Positions 1 through 9,606 of a stretch of 53,482 bases of DNA are shown piece by piece. Under the pieces are notes generated by a model that searched no databases, was not told where the DNA came from, and saw nothing but the letters and a program-made list of their open reading frames with translations. The stretch covers positions 16,076-69,557 of the forward strand of contig CAYSSY010000002.1 of NCBI GenBank assembly GCA_964434055.1, given 5' to 3'. Within the stretch, counting starts at the first letter, position 1. Every line of letters starts with the position of its first letter. Source of the stretch: an uncultured Gammaproteobacteria bacterium. Lineage in GTDB: Bacteria > Patescibacteriota > Patescibacteriia > UBA2196 > CAYSSY01. The position numbers and the translations under genes were made by a program.

Positions 1-69
1 GGCAAGATCTGGCTCAAATCGAAAGAAAATACCGGCTCGACTTTTTCCTTCTACTTACCCGTTATCTAA
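1..69 (+). CDS. 3' end of a sensor histidine kinase (HATPase_c C-terminus), partial
   Basis: Frame 1 reads GKIWLKSKENTGSTFSFYLPVI* (TAA at 67-69). This matches the typical end of HATPase_c domains (G-x-I-W-x-x-S...G-S-T-F-x-F-x-L-P). Truncated by the window edge. Confidence 0.75.
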   Translation, partial: GKIWLKSKENTGSTFSFYLPVI

Positions 70-101
70 AGCTACATTTCTGTTCACTAAAAGATAAACA
101 A

Positions 102-131
102 AAAACCACCCCGTCAATGAGGGGTGGTTTT
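102..131. terminator. Bidirectional intrinsic terminator
   Basis: AAAACCACCCC-gtcaatga-GGGGTGGTTTT hairpin between convergent genes, with A/T tracts on both sides. Confidence 0.85.
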
Positions 132-148
132 ATAAATTCAATAAATAA

Positions 149-1336
149 TTATTCGGCGTCTAAAGTTTGCAAATCTTGCTCTTTAGCTAACTGATCACTA
201 ACTAAAACTAAACTCCGATATATTTCCTGGATTTTTCGCGCCACGGCGTCAATATTATAATTATGATAAACATGCTGATAAGCTGCTTCGCCTCTCTCGA
301 TAACTACTTCTGGCTCCTTGGCCAACTGAACTAACTGATTAGTAAAATCTTTTTTATCTTCAATTTTAAAAACAAAACCCTTAGCTTCGTCTGGCGCATC
401 ATAATCAATTGCTTCTTTGTTTTGAGGAATATCAGAGACAAGTGGTGCTTTTTTAAAACTCATCGCTTCCAAAATAGTATTGCACAAACCTTCTGATGAC
501 GAAGGATGCACATAAAGATAAGCATGAGCATAAAGAGCCGCCAGATTATCACCATACTGCTCGCCGGTAAAAATAATATTTTCATTACCGTTCTTAAGAT
601 CCTGTAAATATTTAGCATAATCATCGGTAAAATAGGCACTGCCGACAATAACCAGCTTATAATCCGGCAGTTGCGCTTCCTTAAAAGCTTCGATCAGCAA
701 ATGAATATTTTTGTGGCGCACTAAACGAGAAACTGTCAAAAAATATTTACCGGTCTGTAAACCAAATTTTTTTATTAAGTCTTCAGATTTAGGGCTGTTG
801 TTTTCAAAATCTAAACCATATGAAATATAATGTGTTTCGCGTTTAAATTTTTGCCAGCACCAATTTTTGAGTTTTTGGGAAACAACAATTGTTTCGTGTG
901 GAAAACGGCAAATTGACCAGGCACCGAGTTTAAGCATGGTTCGAGCCACTAAACCCCATTTTTTATGTTCCCAGTCCGGGGAATGAAAAGTACCGACGAC
1001 TTTAACACGTGGAGATAATATTCTCGGCAACCAACTCAAAAGAGCTGGACCAATGCCGTGAAAGTGAATCAGATCGACCTTCTCTTTAAAAACTGCATCT
1101 AATATCGAAAGAAAAGTATGACTAATGGCATCCAGATTTTTTGTATATAATGATGGCTTAAAGACCAAACGCACACCCTTATAATTCTTTAAATCTTTTG
1201 GCGTATAATGACTGCGCGCATAAGCAATAACCTCATAACCTTCGCGAGCCAAACGCACACTTAAAAGTTCGACGTGACGTTCTACCCCGCCGATTGTGCA
1301 CGGTATGCCTTTTTGCCCGATCATGGCGATTTTCAT
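149..1336 (-). CDS. Glycosyltransferase family 4 (GT-B)
   Basis: MKIAMIG...GGVERHV N-terminus; C-terminal PSSSEGLCNTILEAM is the GT4 E-x7-E motif. Confidence 0.9.
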   Translation of the reverse strand: MKIAMIGQKGIPCTIGGVERHVELLSVRLAREGYEVIAYARSHYTPKDLKNYKGVRLVFKPSLYTKNLDAISHTFLSILDAVFKEKVDLIHFHGIGPALLSWLPRILSPRVKVVGTFHSPDWEHKKWGLVARTMLKLGAWSICRFPHETIVVSQKLKNWCWQKFKRETHYISYGLDFENNSPKSEDLIKKFGLQTGKYFLTVSRLVRHKNIHLLIEAFKEAQLPDYKLVIVGSAYFTDDYAKYLQDLKNGNENIIFTGEQYGDNLAALYAHAYLYVHPSSSEGLCNTILEAMSFKKAPLVSDIPQNKEAIDYDAPDEAKGFVFKIEDKKDFTNQLVQLAKEPEVVIERGEAAYQHVYHNYNIDAVARKIQEIYRSLVLVSDQLAKEQDLQTLDAE

Positions 1337-1641
1337 AGTTTAGGAAATATATAATTTAGATAAACTGTCTAATAAATATTAAAAATATTAAGACCTGATA
1401 ATATAGCACATAATTTTTATTCTGTCAACACTGATTATTAATTAGACAACAAAATAAAGGTTTTTATTAATATTTGTTAATAAAAAAACAGTATTAAGCT
1501 GATACTGCGTTTTTTGATAAATTTTATTCAAATTTATTATTTTATATTTTAAATCAGACATTAACCCATTGTCAAATATGATCATTTCTGTTACACTATG
1601 AATAACTTAATTAATAATAAGCATTTTTTAATTAAAATTTC

Positions 1642-1938
1642 ATGAAGAAAGAAATTCATCCGACTTATTACAAAGAGGCCAAGGTGGTCTGCGCCTGTGG
1701 CAATACTTTTACGACTGGCTCTTCATTGCCAGAAATTAGGGTAGAAATTTGTTCGCAATGCCATCCGTTCTACACCGGTAAACAAAAACTTTTGGATACT
1801 GCCAGACGAGTTGAAAAATATCAGGCCCGAACTGCCAAACAAGAAGATGCTGCCAAAGAGCGTAAGGGTAAAAAGCTTAAAAAAGCTACGCGCAAGCGGA
1901 CTCCGAAAAGTCCTGAGAAAACTGCCGAAAAAAAATAG
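1642..1938 (+). CDS. rpmE: 50S ribosomal protein L31 (zinc-binding type) with basic C-terminal extension
   Basis: [31 protein letters not shown] is the L31 signature. Confidence 0.97.
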   Translation: MKKEIHPTYYKEAKVVCACGNTFTTGSSLPEIRVEICSQCHPFYTGKQKLLDTARRVEKYQARTAKQEDAAKERKGKKLKKATRKRTPKSPEKTAEKK

Positions 1939-1951
1939 CTCATCTCTGATC

Positions 1952-2008
1952 CGGGCTTAGTTTTGTTTGAATTAATAAATTTATTCAACTCAAAACTAAC
2001 CCGGTTTT
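1952..2008 (+). terminator. Long hairpin followed by a T-run between rpmE and prfA
   Basis: CCGGG(C)TTAGTTTTG..TTGAAT / ATTCAA..CAAAACTAACCCGG followed by TTTTT. Confidence 0.6.
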
Positions 2009-2044
2009 TAAATTTGATTCAAACTATTTTATTAAATATTTTAT

Positions 2045-3091
2045 ATGACTGAAGAAAAAATTAATCAACTCAAAAAAAAATGCGCCGAGTTGGAGCAGGC
2101 TCTACAAGACCCGGCGGTTTTGTCTGATTCAAAAAAATACGCCACGCTAACCAAAGAATATACAGAAACAAAATATTATTGCGGACAAAGCGAGGAATTA
2201 GAGAAACTAGAAAAACAACTGAACGAAAATCAAAAAATGCTTGAAGATGAAACTGATTCTGAAATGATCAAAGTTGTTCAAGAAGAAATAACTAATTTAA
2301 AATTGAAAATTGATAATTTAAAATTGTCACTTGAAGAATATTTTAGTCCAAAAAATCCACTGGACAAAAAAAATGTAATTATTGAAATTAGAGCCGGCAC
2401 GGGCGGTGACGAATCAGCGCTGTTTGCCGCCGAGATGTTCCGGATGTATTCCCGTTTTGCTGAAAAAAATAGCTGGCAGGTCAAACTTATTTCCTCAAAT
2501 CGCATCGGTATTGGCGGTTTTAAGGAAGTAATTTTTGAAGTCAGCGGACAAAACGTCTATGGACTGATGAAATATGAAAGTGGCACCCACCGCGTTCAGC
2601 GTGTTCCTGAGACAGAAAAAGCCGGCCGTGTTCACACATCTGCCGTAACAGTTGCCGTCATGCCGGAAGCTGAAGAAGTTGATATAAAAATTGAGGCCAA
2701 AGATCTACGCATTGATACTTTTTGCGCCGGCGGTCACGGCGGTCAGTCAGTCAATACTACCTACTCAGCGGTCCGTATTACTCACCTGCCTTCGGGGCTC
2801 GTGGTCTCATGCCAAGATGAACGTTCGCAGTTGCAAAACCGAGAAAAAGCGATGCAAGTTCTGCGTTCGCGATTGCTTGCTCAAATTGAAGAAAAAAGGC
2901 GCCAAGAAATTGCCGCTGACAGAAAATCGCAAATCGGCACCGGTGACCGGAGCGAAAAAATCAGAACTTATAATTTCCCGCAGGACCGCATTACTGATCA
3001 CCGGATCAAAGAGAGCTGGCATAACATTACCTCAATTATGGACGGCGAACTCCAAGCAATTATCGAAGCCCTAAAAAAAGCTGACCAATAA
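2045..3091 (+). CDS. prfA: Peptide chain release factor 1
   Basis: GGQ motif ([11 protein letters not shown]), [10 protein letters not shown], and the RF1-specific PxT motif (QRVPETE); no frameshift. Confidence 0.97.
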   Translation: MTEEKINQLKKKCAELEQALQDPAVLSDSKKYATLTKEYTETKYYCGQSEELEKLEKQLNENQKMLEDETDSEMIKVVQEEITNLKLKIDNLKLSLEEYFSPKNPLDKKNVIIEIRAGTGGDESALFAAEMFRMYSRFAEKNSWQVKLISSNRIGIGGFKEVIFEVSGQNVYGLMKYESGTHRVQRVPETEKAGRVHTSAVTVAVMPEAEEVDIKIEAKDLRIDTFCAGGHGGQSVNTTYSAVRITHLPSGLVVSCQDERSQLQNREKAMQVLRSRLLAQIEEKRRQEIAADRKSQIGTGDRSEKIRTYNFPQDRITDHRIKESWHNITSIMDGELQAIIEALKKADQ

Positions 3092-3111
3092 AAAAATCCC
3101 GAGATTTATTA

Positions 3112-3459
3112 TTAATCAAATCTGGGATCTTGCAAAATTTGTGACAAACCGGTTATAAAAATAATGGCATTAACCACTTTTGATAAACTGTTAGCTGCTG
3201 CCAAAACTTCTAGAGATAGTGCTAAGGCTTTGGCCTGAGAACCCAAAAAATCGTGCACTTCATGTAAATCTGGTCTGATAATCAAAGTATCTAGCTTTTT
3301 ACCAAGATTGACACCAATTTCGTAAAAATAAACTAGTGACCCACAGACCGCTTCTAACGGTTCCTTTAATTTCTCCATCAGAGATGCATCAGCGGCGTCA
3401 GCACCTAATATCAGAACCTCTGTCAGATAAATTTTTAAATCAACACTTGATTGATCCAT
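3112..3459 (-). CDS. Hypothetical protein (orphan, 115 aa)
   Basis: Open frame with strong SD GAGGAGG (3464-3470) upstream of the ATG; no recognisable family. Confidence 0.65.
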   Translation of the reverse strand: MDQSSVDLKIYLTEVLILGADAADASLMEKLKEPLEAVCGSLVYFYEIGVNLGKKLDTLIIRPDLHEVHDFLGSQAKALALSLEVLAAANSLSKVVNAIIFITGLSQILQDPRFD

Positions 3460-3609
3460 AGCGCCTCCTCTTAAGATTAGAAGTGTATTAAAGAATATAT
3501 TATCCTAGCTTAAATTAAAGCTAGAAAAAAGTCAATTTATAATTTGAAAATAAAAAACGCCTGGCAAGCCAAGCGTCTGAGGTGTAATTCTTTTCGATAA
3601 ATCTCCTTC

Positions 3610-3825
3610 TCAAAATATTCTTAATTTTTTTATTAGTCTGTGAATGTGTGTTTTCCCGTCGCTGAGACGACCGTTGGTGAATGCTGAAGACGGCAATGGC
3701 CGATTCTCAGCGCTTTCCATATAAGATACAACATCTGTGTTGCCGCAACTGCATTCGCGGCAAACAGCCCCTTGACGGCTGACTAAATTTTGGGAACAAT
3801 TGCTGCACAAGTATTTACTGCTCAT
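3610..3825 (-). CDS. Small Cys-rich hypothetical protein (possible zinc-binding)
   Basis: SD AAGGGAG (3832-3838); CSNC...CRECSCG pattern; 71 aa. Confidence 0.6.
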   Translation of the reverse strand: MSSKYLCSNCSQNLVSRQGAVCRECSCGNTDVVSYMESAENRPLPSSAFTNGRLSDGKTHIHRLIKKLRIF

Positions 3826-3936
3826 ACCCTACTCCCTTCACACAATTAGTTTTTTGAAAGTGATTAATATTAATTAAGAAAAGAACCCCTTATAACAAGA
3901 ATATACCTTATTTATATCGATAATTCAAGACCAACT

Positions 3937-4863
3937 ATGTTGATAAAAGACTGCCTGAAATTTGGCAATAATTATCTGCAAAAAAATCTGATCAAATCAG
4001 CCTCACTTGATGCAGAAATCCTGCTGTCGTTCAGCCTGAAAAAAAGCAAAGAATTTATCTACACCAACCCAGAAAAAACAGTTAACAACCAACAGTTAAC
4101 GAGATTCAAAAAAATAATTGAGCAAAGGGCTGACGGCGAACCAGTGGCATATATTATTGGTAAAAAAGAGTTTTATGGCTTAGATTTCTATGTAAACAAA
4201 CAAGTTTTGATTCCCCGGCCAGAAACAGAAATGATTGTTGAAGAAATAATCAAACAACCAACAACCAACAACCAACAACCAACAGTGATTATTGATGTCG
4301 GTACGGGTTCAGGGTGTATTCCAATTACTATTTGTAAAACACAAAAAACAAATAACAAAACACAAATTTTAGCTGTTGATGTTTCTAGTAAGGCTTTGGC
4401 TATCGCTAGAAAAAACGCTAAATTCCATCATGTTGCTAATAAAATTAAATTGCTTAAAAGTGACTTATTAAAAAATATACCAACTACCCGCTTCTTGCTA
4501 TCAGCGAACAGTCTAGTCATCACTGCTAATCTGCCTTATCTCACACTTATACAGTATCACGCCAATCCCGAACTTAAATTTGAACCCAAAGAAGCGTTAG
4601 TTGCCGGGCGTGACGGGCTTAAGTATTATCATCAATTATTGAAACAAATTAAAAAACTGATGACCGACCTGCCTTGCCGGCAGGCAGGCGACTTTCAACA
4701 GACGGCTAATAATAGAAAAATAACCGTTATCTTAGAAATTGACCCCGGTCAAAAAAGCTCAATATTCTTTTTAATAAAAAAACTTCTGCCTAGTGCAAAA
4801 GCAGAATTTAAAAAAGATTTAGGTAAACGAACGCGGTTGGTTATCATTAAAATAAATCAGTAA
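3937..4863 (+). CDS. prmC: Release factor glutamine methyltransferase
   Basis: GEPVAYIIGKKEFYG, VLIPRPETE, DVGTGSGCI SAM motif, ANLPY (variant of NPPY), FEPKEALVAG; near prfA. Confidence 0.95.
   Translation: MLIKDCLKFGNNYLQKNLIKSASLDAEILLSFSLKKSKEFIYTNPEKTVNNQQLTRFKKIIEQRADGEPVAYIIGKKEFYGLDFYVNKQVLIPRPETEMIVEEIIKQPTTNNQQPTVIIDVGTGSGCIPITICKTQKTNNKTQILAVDVSSKALAIARKNAKFHHVANKIKLLKSDLLKNIPTTRFLLSANSLVITANLPYLTLIQYHANPELKFEPKEALVAGRDGLKYYHQLLKQIKKLMTDLPCRQAGDFQQTANNRKITVILEIDPGQKSSIFFLIKKLLPSAKAEFKKDLGKRTRLVIIKINQ
4254..4284 (+). repeat. Heptamer tandem repeat (ACAACCA)x4.4 inside prmC
   Basis: ACAACCA at 4254, 4261, 4268, 4275 plus a partial copy; encodes QPTTNNQQPT. Confidence 0.9.
4668..4688. 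repeat. GC-rich palindromic element inserted in frame in prmC
   Basis: CCTGCCTTGCCGGCAGGCAGG (21 nt), a near-perfect palindrome encoding LPCRQAG; degenerate intergenic copy at 4961-4980. Confidence 0.85.
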
Positions 4864-4983
4864 ATCAAATTTCAAACTAAAAAAATCTCTTTCTTCTATA
4901 AGATAAAAAATCGCATACCAGTACACGCATTGGAGGCCTGATCTATAAAATACGCTGATTCCTACCATCCGACAGGCAGGTTG

Positions 4984-5011
4984 GTGCTACCTTTTACAGA
5001 AAAGGTAGCAC
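4984..5011. terminator. Hairpin between convergent prmC and the GT28-like gene
   Basis: GTGCTACCTTTT-acag-AAAAGGTAGCAC perfect inverted repeat. Confidence 0.65.
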
Positions 5012-5044
5012 AATAAATTATTGTCCAAAAGAAGAATTAAAAAC

Positions 5045-6352
5045 TTATTTCTCTCCAAAAATTACTTTCTCAATATTATAAGTGCCAAGCCTTGGCGCGT
5101 CAAAATAGCCCTGAAGAGCGGCTTCTGCCAGCCAGCCAGATTTTATCAGATCAAACAACCATTCGTTAGTATAACGTACGTCCTCCTGATCGGTGCCGCT
5201 GCCCACAGAAAAAATCCAGCGCCGATTGGAATCTTCCTGTGAGCCAATCGGTTCTGACATAATAAGCGGTAAACCTAAACCGCAGTAAAAAGAAAGTTCA
5301 GACGGCTTGGTCCAGAGAATATCTGTTGTTCTTAAATTTTCATTAAAAATTTTAAAATATTTAGTCTTGTCCTCGCCGCAGATAATTTTAATGCCCTTAT
5401 CTAACTCCGGCAGCATATTAAGCTCTTCAATGGCAGTGCGGTAGTAATCTGCAATATCACTGTGCGTTCCAGCAATCAAGTTGACCTGAATTTTTTTATC
5501 CAAAATTTCACTTTTCAGACTGGAAATTATTTTCAGTCCGAGTTCTTTTTGTGCGCCTGCACCACCAACCGCAAAAGCCAAAGTCAAAGGATGATCGGCC
5601 TTAGTCGGTAACTCACCTAATTCTTTGTTGATGGTCTTCTGAAACTTTTTATAATAAACACGCTCAGGATCAAGATTGGCTAGCCTGTTCAAAAGATCTT
5701 TTTTTAGCACATCAAGGTCTTGATTGCCCAAGTTTTCCTTGGGTAAAGGAAAGCCGGTCAGAAAGATATGATCACTCCTAACGCCGTATTGCTTTAGCCT
5801 TTCAACCACGCGCTCGCATGGAGCTAAATATTTAATCCGGCTTTTTTTAGGATCCTTAGCCACCCAAGCCCGGGCCACGTCGGTATCACAAATCAGAAGA
5901 TAAATATCGCCTGGATAATTAAATTCTTCAGCCATATAGGCCGGCACGAAAAAACTGGTTACCAATGGCAAATTATTAGGCTGAAGCGAGCTTATAAAAT
6001 GCTCACCCCAATGTTTTTTGGCTATCAAAGACAACGTGCCCAAAAGCTGCAAAGTCGGACGCGACTGGTTGCGACGAGGATAAAAACCACCAACGCGCTG
6101 ATAATGATCATAAGTTTTAAAAACTAAATTGCCAATAACCGGCACGTTCTTAAAACGGGATATATACTCATAAAATTTGCGACTATCCTGCCAGATTTTT
6201 TTATCTTTTGGTGGAATATCAAGGTAATTATCAGCGTTTATTATTTCGTGACGATAGGCAATAGATTGCAAGGGATAAGTCGCCCGCTGATGACCATAAC
6301 CCATATCAATAGCAACAACATGAGCTTGGTTTTCTGTTTTATTGTCAGGCAT
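5045..6352 (-). CDS. Putative GT-B glycosyltransferase, GT28/MGDG-synthase-like
   Basis: N-terminal DMGYGHQRA and C-terminal LWTKPSELSFY..GLPLIM resemble the GxGH and TKP motifs of GT28-type enzymes; overall divergent. Confidence 0.55.
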   Translation of the reverse strand: MPDNKTENQAHVVAIDMGYGHQRATYPLQSIAYRHEIINADNYLDIPPKDKKIWQDSRKFYEYISRFKNVPVIGNLVFKTYDHYQRVGGFYPRRNQSRPTLQLLGTLSLIAKKHWGEHFISSLQPNNLPLVTSFFVPAYMAEEFNYPGDIYLLICDTDVARAWVAKDPKKSRIKYLAPCERVVERLKQYGVRSDHIFLTGFPLPKENLGNQDLDVLKKDLLNRLANLDPERVYYKKFQKTINKELGELPTKADHPLTLAFAVGGAGAQKELGLKIISSLKSEILDKKIQVNLIAGTHSDIADYYRTAIEELNMLPELDKGIKIICGEDKTKYFKIFNENLRTTDILWTKPSELSFYCGLGLPLIMSEPIGSQEDSNRRWIFSVGSGTDQEDVRYTNEWLFDLIKSGWLAEAALQGYFDAPRLGTYNIEKVIFGEK

Positions 6353-6389
6353 ATTTTTATCAATCTTTATTTATTAAACGATGTAATAA

Positions 6390-7487
6390 TTATACCTTAT
6401 TTTTAAAAATCTTTCCTAGGTAATCAGAAATTTTGTGCTTAAAAATACTTGTGTCAAATTTTAGCGACTCTTGTTTAATCGCCAACGGATTGAAATCGCT
6501 TGATTTAAAATGAATTATACTGTCCGCTAAAGCTTCCCAAGTTTGTTCTTCAAAAAATAAACCACTCATACCCTCTTTAATAATTTCTGTTGCCCCACCG
6601 GCACGATAAGCGATCACCGGCCGGCCAGAAGCCAGTGATTCAACAGCGGTAATGCCAAAATCCTCCTCTTGAGGATTAATAAAAGCCTGCGCGTTGGCAA
6701 AAAGTTCTTTCTTTTTTTCATCGCTGATTTCCCCTAAGAATTCAATGCGCGGTCCAGCTAACTTTTTCAGCAACTTTAATTCAGGCCCGACACCAAAAAC
6801 TTTCAGGGGCAGATTCAATTTACTGAAAGCCTTTACTGCTAAATCATACTTCTTATAGGCGACCAAACGACCGCCAATTAAAAAATATTTTTTTGTTACG
6901 CCCGATGTCAAATAAAAATTATTAACATCAACCGGCGGATAGATTATTTCCGAATCTCGCTGATAATACTTTTTTATTCTACCCTGAACTGTTTGCGAAT
7001 TGGCTATGAATTGATCAACTTTTCTGGCTGCCTGATAGTCCCAGGAACGGATATGATTTAGCACGGGCGGCAAAATACTTTTGACAATTCTTGAATACGG
7101 TAAATGTTCCAAATAGCTTCCAGCATCTGACCACAGATATCTTGTTGGCGTATGACAATAACAAATATGTAGCGACGGAGACTTAACTCTCACGCCTTTA
7201 ATGAGGGCTGAGGCTGAACTTAAGACTAAATCATACTGCGATAAATCAAAAGATTCTGTGGCTTGAGGCATTAAAACTAAATACCATTGATACTTATTTT
7301 TTGAACCCGGTATTTTTTGGAGAAAAGAAGTTTTTATTTCTTGCTCTTTAAAAAATTTTCCTGCCTTTTTTTGGTTATAAATTAAGGTATAAATTGGCGC
7401 TTCAGGCCAAATTTCATGAAAAGCCTGCAAGACTCTTTCTGCGCCTCCATTCTGCGTTAACATGTCGTGAACTAGGGCTATTTTCAT
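6390..7487 (-). CDS. Glycosyltransferase family 4
   Basis: MKIALVHD..GGAERVL; PQEEDFGITAVESLASGRPVIAY. Start taken at the second Met (7487). Confidence 0.92.
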   Translation of the reverse strand: MKIALVHDMLTQNGGAERVLQAFHEIWPEAPIYTLIYNQKKAGKFFKEQEIKTSFLQKIPGSKNKYQWYLVLMPQATESFDLSQYDLVLSSASALIKGVRVKSPSLHICYCHTPTRYLWSDAGSYLEHLPYSRIVKSILPPVLNHIRSWDYQAARKVDQFIANSQTVQGRIKKYYQRDSEIIYPPVDVNNFYLTSGVTKKYFLIGGRLVAYKKYDLAVKAFSKLNLPLKVFGVGPELKLLKKLAGPRIEFLGEISDEKKKELFANAQAFINPQEEDFGITAVESLASGRPVIAYRAGGATEIIKEGMSGLFFEEQTWEALADSIIHFKSSDFNPLAIKQESLKFDTSIFKHKISDYLGKIFKNKV

Positions 7488-7651
7488 AAAAAAATATCTT
7501 TTAAACAAAAGACTTTAAAAAAATAATTAACTACGTTATGACAAGCTTTATGTTTTTATTATACTTAAGTCTAATCTTTTGGACAAGCAATAAATTTACC
7601 CATTAAAAAAGCCCCACTAATCTAAGCGGGACTTATTTTTAAAAAAATAAA

Positions 7652-9571
7652 TTACTTATTAATATTAAAGCTCCTCAATACGGTAAGCGGAGAAAAATTC
7701 TGATAAGTTAATTTGACTTTTAAAGAATACTGACCGGTCTTGACAGGACGATAGCTGAATTTATATTGTCCTGATAAATTAGTACTTGAGTTTCGGCTAT
7801 AAATTCTAACATTATCCGGATCATAAATATTTATTTCCAACCGACCTGATTTTAATGACTGCCCATTAAGAAAAGCATTGATGGTGACATAAACCCGTTC
7901 ACCCAGTTTAAAATTATCGCTGGCTGTTCCCTGAAGATTATTTAAACCGACTTGGAGCGACAGAATATTCTCTTCCACTTGGGGGGCGGTAATAATTATT
8001 TTCTGGGTTGCCTGGCCCTGACCGTCGCGATCATCAAGCACCGTCAGCATCAGAATGTATTCGCCCGGCTGATTATATACATGCTTAACACTTTGACCGC
8101 TGTCAGATTGCCCGTCACCAAAAGACCACTGCCAAGAAACAACTTGGCCATCCGAATCAGTAGAATTTATCGCATTAAACATAAGTTCTTGCCCAGTTTC
8201 TCCTGAAGTTGGACCGCTTATTTTTGCTTGAGGTACTTGGTTAACCTGGGTTTCTGGCAGCAGAGGTGTGTTGTTTTGTAAAGTTTGCAAAGCAGCAGTA
8301 GCATTAATTAAACCATTGCCAAAAATTGAATCGCGACCGCTAGCACCCAGATCTTCAGCGGTTAAATAAAGAACATCTCTGATAAGATCGGGGTCATCGG
8401 CGCCAGCAGAGGCTAAAAGTGCGGCTACACCACTGACGTGAGCAGCGGCCATTGATGTCCCTTGAAAAAAATAATAACTGAAACTCTGGTTGTAAGAAAA
8501 AAAACTCGAAGAGTTAACAAAAGTCTGCTGGAGAATTCCGTCGCCATAATTATCGGCATTCTGATCAACTTTAAGGTCGCCGCCCGGCGCCACCAAGTCG
8601 GTCTCCGCGCCCCAGTTGGAATAATAAGCCAAATTTTTATCAAAGCGCACCGCCCCGACGGCAATGACGCCATTTTCATAAGCCGCTGGATATGCAACTG
8701 AACCCAAACCGCTGTTACCAACCGCGGCCACCACTAAAACTTTATGACTACGGGCATAAGCAATGGCATCGGCCATCACTTGTCCTGGGTAGGCACCACC
8801 CAATGATAAATTAATAACCTTGGCACCGTGATCAACGGCCCAAATTATACCTTCAGCTGTATCAGCATAAGTACCGGAACCGTCTTTGCCCAAAACTCTG
8901 ATCGGCATAATTTTCGCTCGATAAGCAATGCCAGCTGTTCCAAGTGAGTTATTAGTTGTCTGCGCAATCGTCCCAGCAATATGCGTGCCATGACCGTTAG
9001 CATCATTTGGGTGAGCATCGTTATCAACAAAATCATAGCCAGACACAAACTGTGTGCCTTTTAAATCAGGCGCTTGACTATAAGGCCAATAATTTTCATA
9101 GGCGACGCCAGTATCAACCACGGCGACAATGACATCTTGGCCAACTGCTGAAGACCAAGCTTCTGGTATTTTTATTTGTTGAAAATTCCATTGATAAACA
9201 TAATAAGGATCATTGGGCACAGCAAAAGCTTTAACTAAATAATTTGGTTCAGCATAAGTAACAAGATTGTTATTATTTAAACTTTCTATGGTTTCTACTA
9301 AATTTTGATCATCAGCCAAAAGTAAACGAAAAGATCGGCCGCGCGAGAGAGCAGTTAACTTTGTATGACTCAACTGACTGAGAATTTCCAACTGCTGAGC
9401 GTTTGTCGTGCCGGTATTAAATTTAATGATTAATTCTTGAGGAGCATATTCCCCTGTTTTAAGCTTAGTATAAGAAAAATCTTTGGTAGCCAAATTAGCA
9501 CTTTCCAAAGGTGTTAAAGCGCTGCCAATCAAAAGAAAAGCTGTTATTAAAGCTAATTTTTTCTTAATCAT
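7652..9571 (-). CDS. Secreted S8 (subtilisin-like) serine protease with N-terminal prodomain, PKD domain and C-terminal Ig-like region
   Basis: Catalytic triad motifs VAVVDTG, HGTHIAG and GTSMAAAHV; PKD WSFGDG..HVY..PGEY; signal-like N-terminus from Met 9571. Confidence 0.93.
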   Translation of the reverse strand: MIKKKLALITAFLLIGSALTPLESANLATKDFSYTKLKTGEYAPQELIIKFNTGTTNAQQLEILSQLSHTKLTALSRGRSFRLLLADDQNLVETIESLNNNNLVTYAEPNYLVKAFAVPNDPYYVYQWNFQQIKIPEAWSSAVGQDVIVAVVDTGVAYENYWPYSQAPDLKGTQFVSGYDFVDNDAHPNDANGHGTHIAGTIAQTTNNSLGTAGIAYRAKIMPIRVLGKDGSGTYADTAEGIIWAVDHGAKVINLSLGGAYPGQVMADAIAYARSHKVLVVAAVGNSGLGSVAYPAAYENGVIAVGAVRFDKNLAYYSNWGAETDLVAPGGDLKVDQNADNYGDGILQQTFVNSSSFFSYNQSFSYYFFQGTSMAAAHVSGVAALLASAGADDPDLIRDVLYLTAEDLGASGRDSIFGNGLINATAALQTLQNNTPLLPETQVNQVPQAKISGPTSGETGQELMFNAINSTDSDGQVVSWQWSFGDGQSDSGQSVKHVYNQPGEYILMLTVLDDRDGQGQATQKIIITAPQVEENILSLQVGLNNLQGTASDNFKLGERVYVTINAFLNGQSLKSGRLEINIYDPDNVRIYSRNSSTNLSGQYKFSYRPVKTGQYSLKVKLTYQNFSPLTVLRSFNINK

Positions 9572-9606
9572 AATTTTATAAGTTGATTTTAATACTTCTA
9601 GAAAAT

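Noticed and set aside
3092-3936. Prophage or integrative element around the orphan ORFs
   Set aside because: No integrase, att-like direct repeats or phage genes are visible, and the region is under 1 kb.
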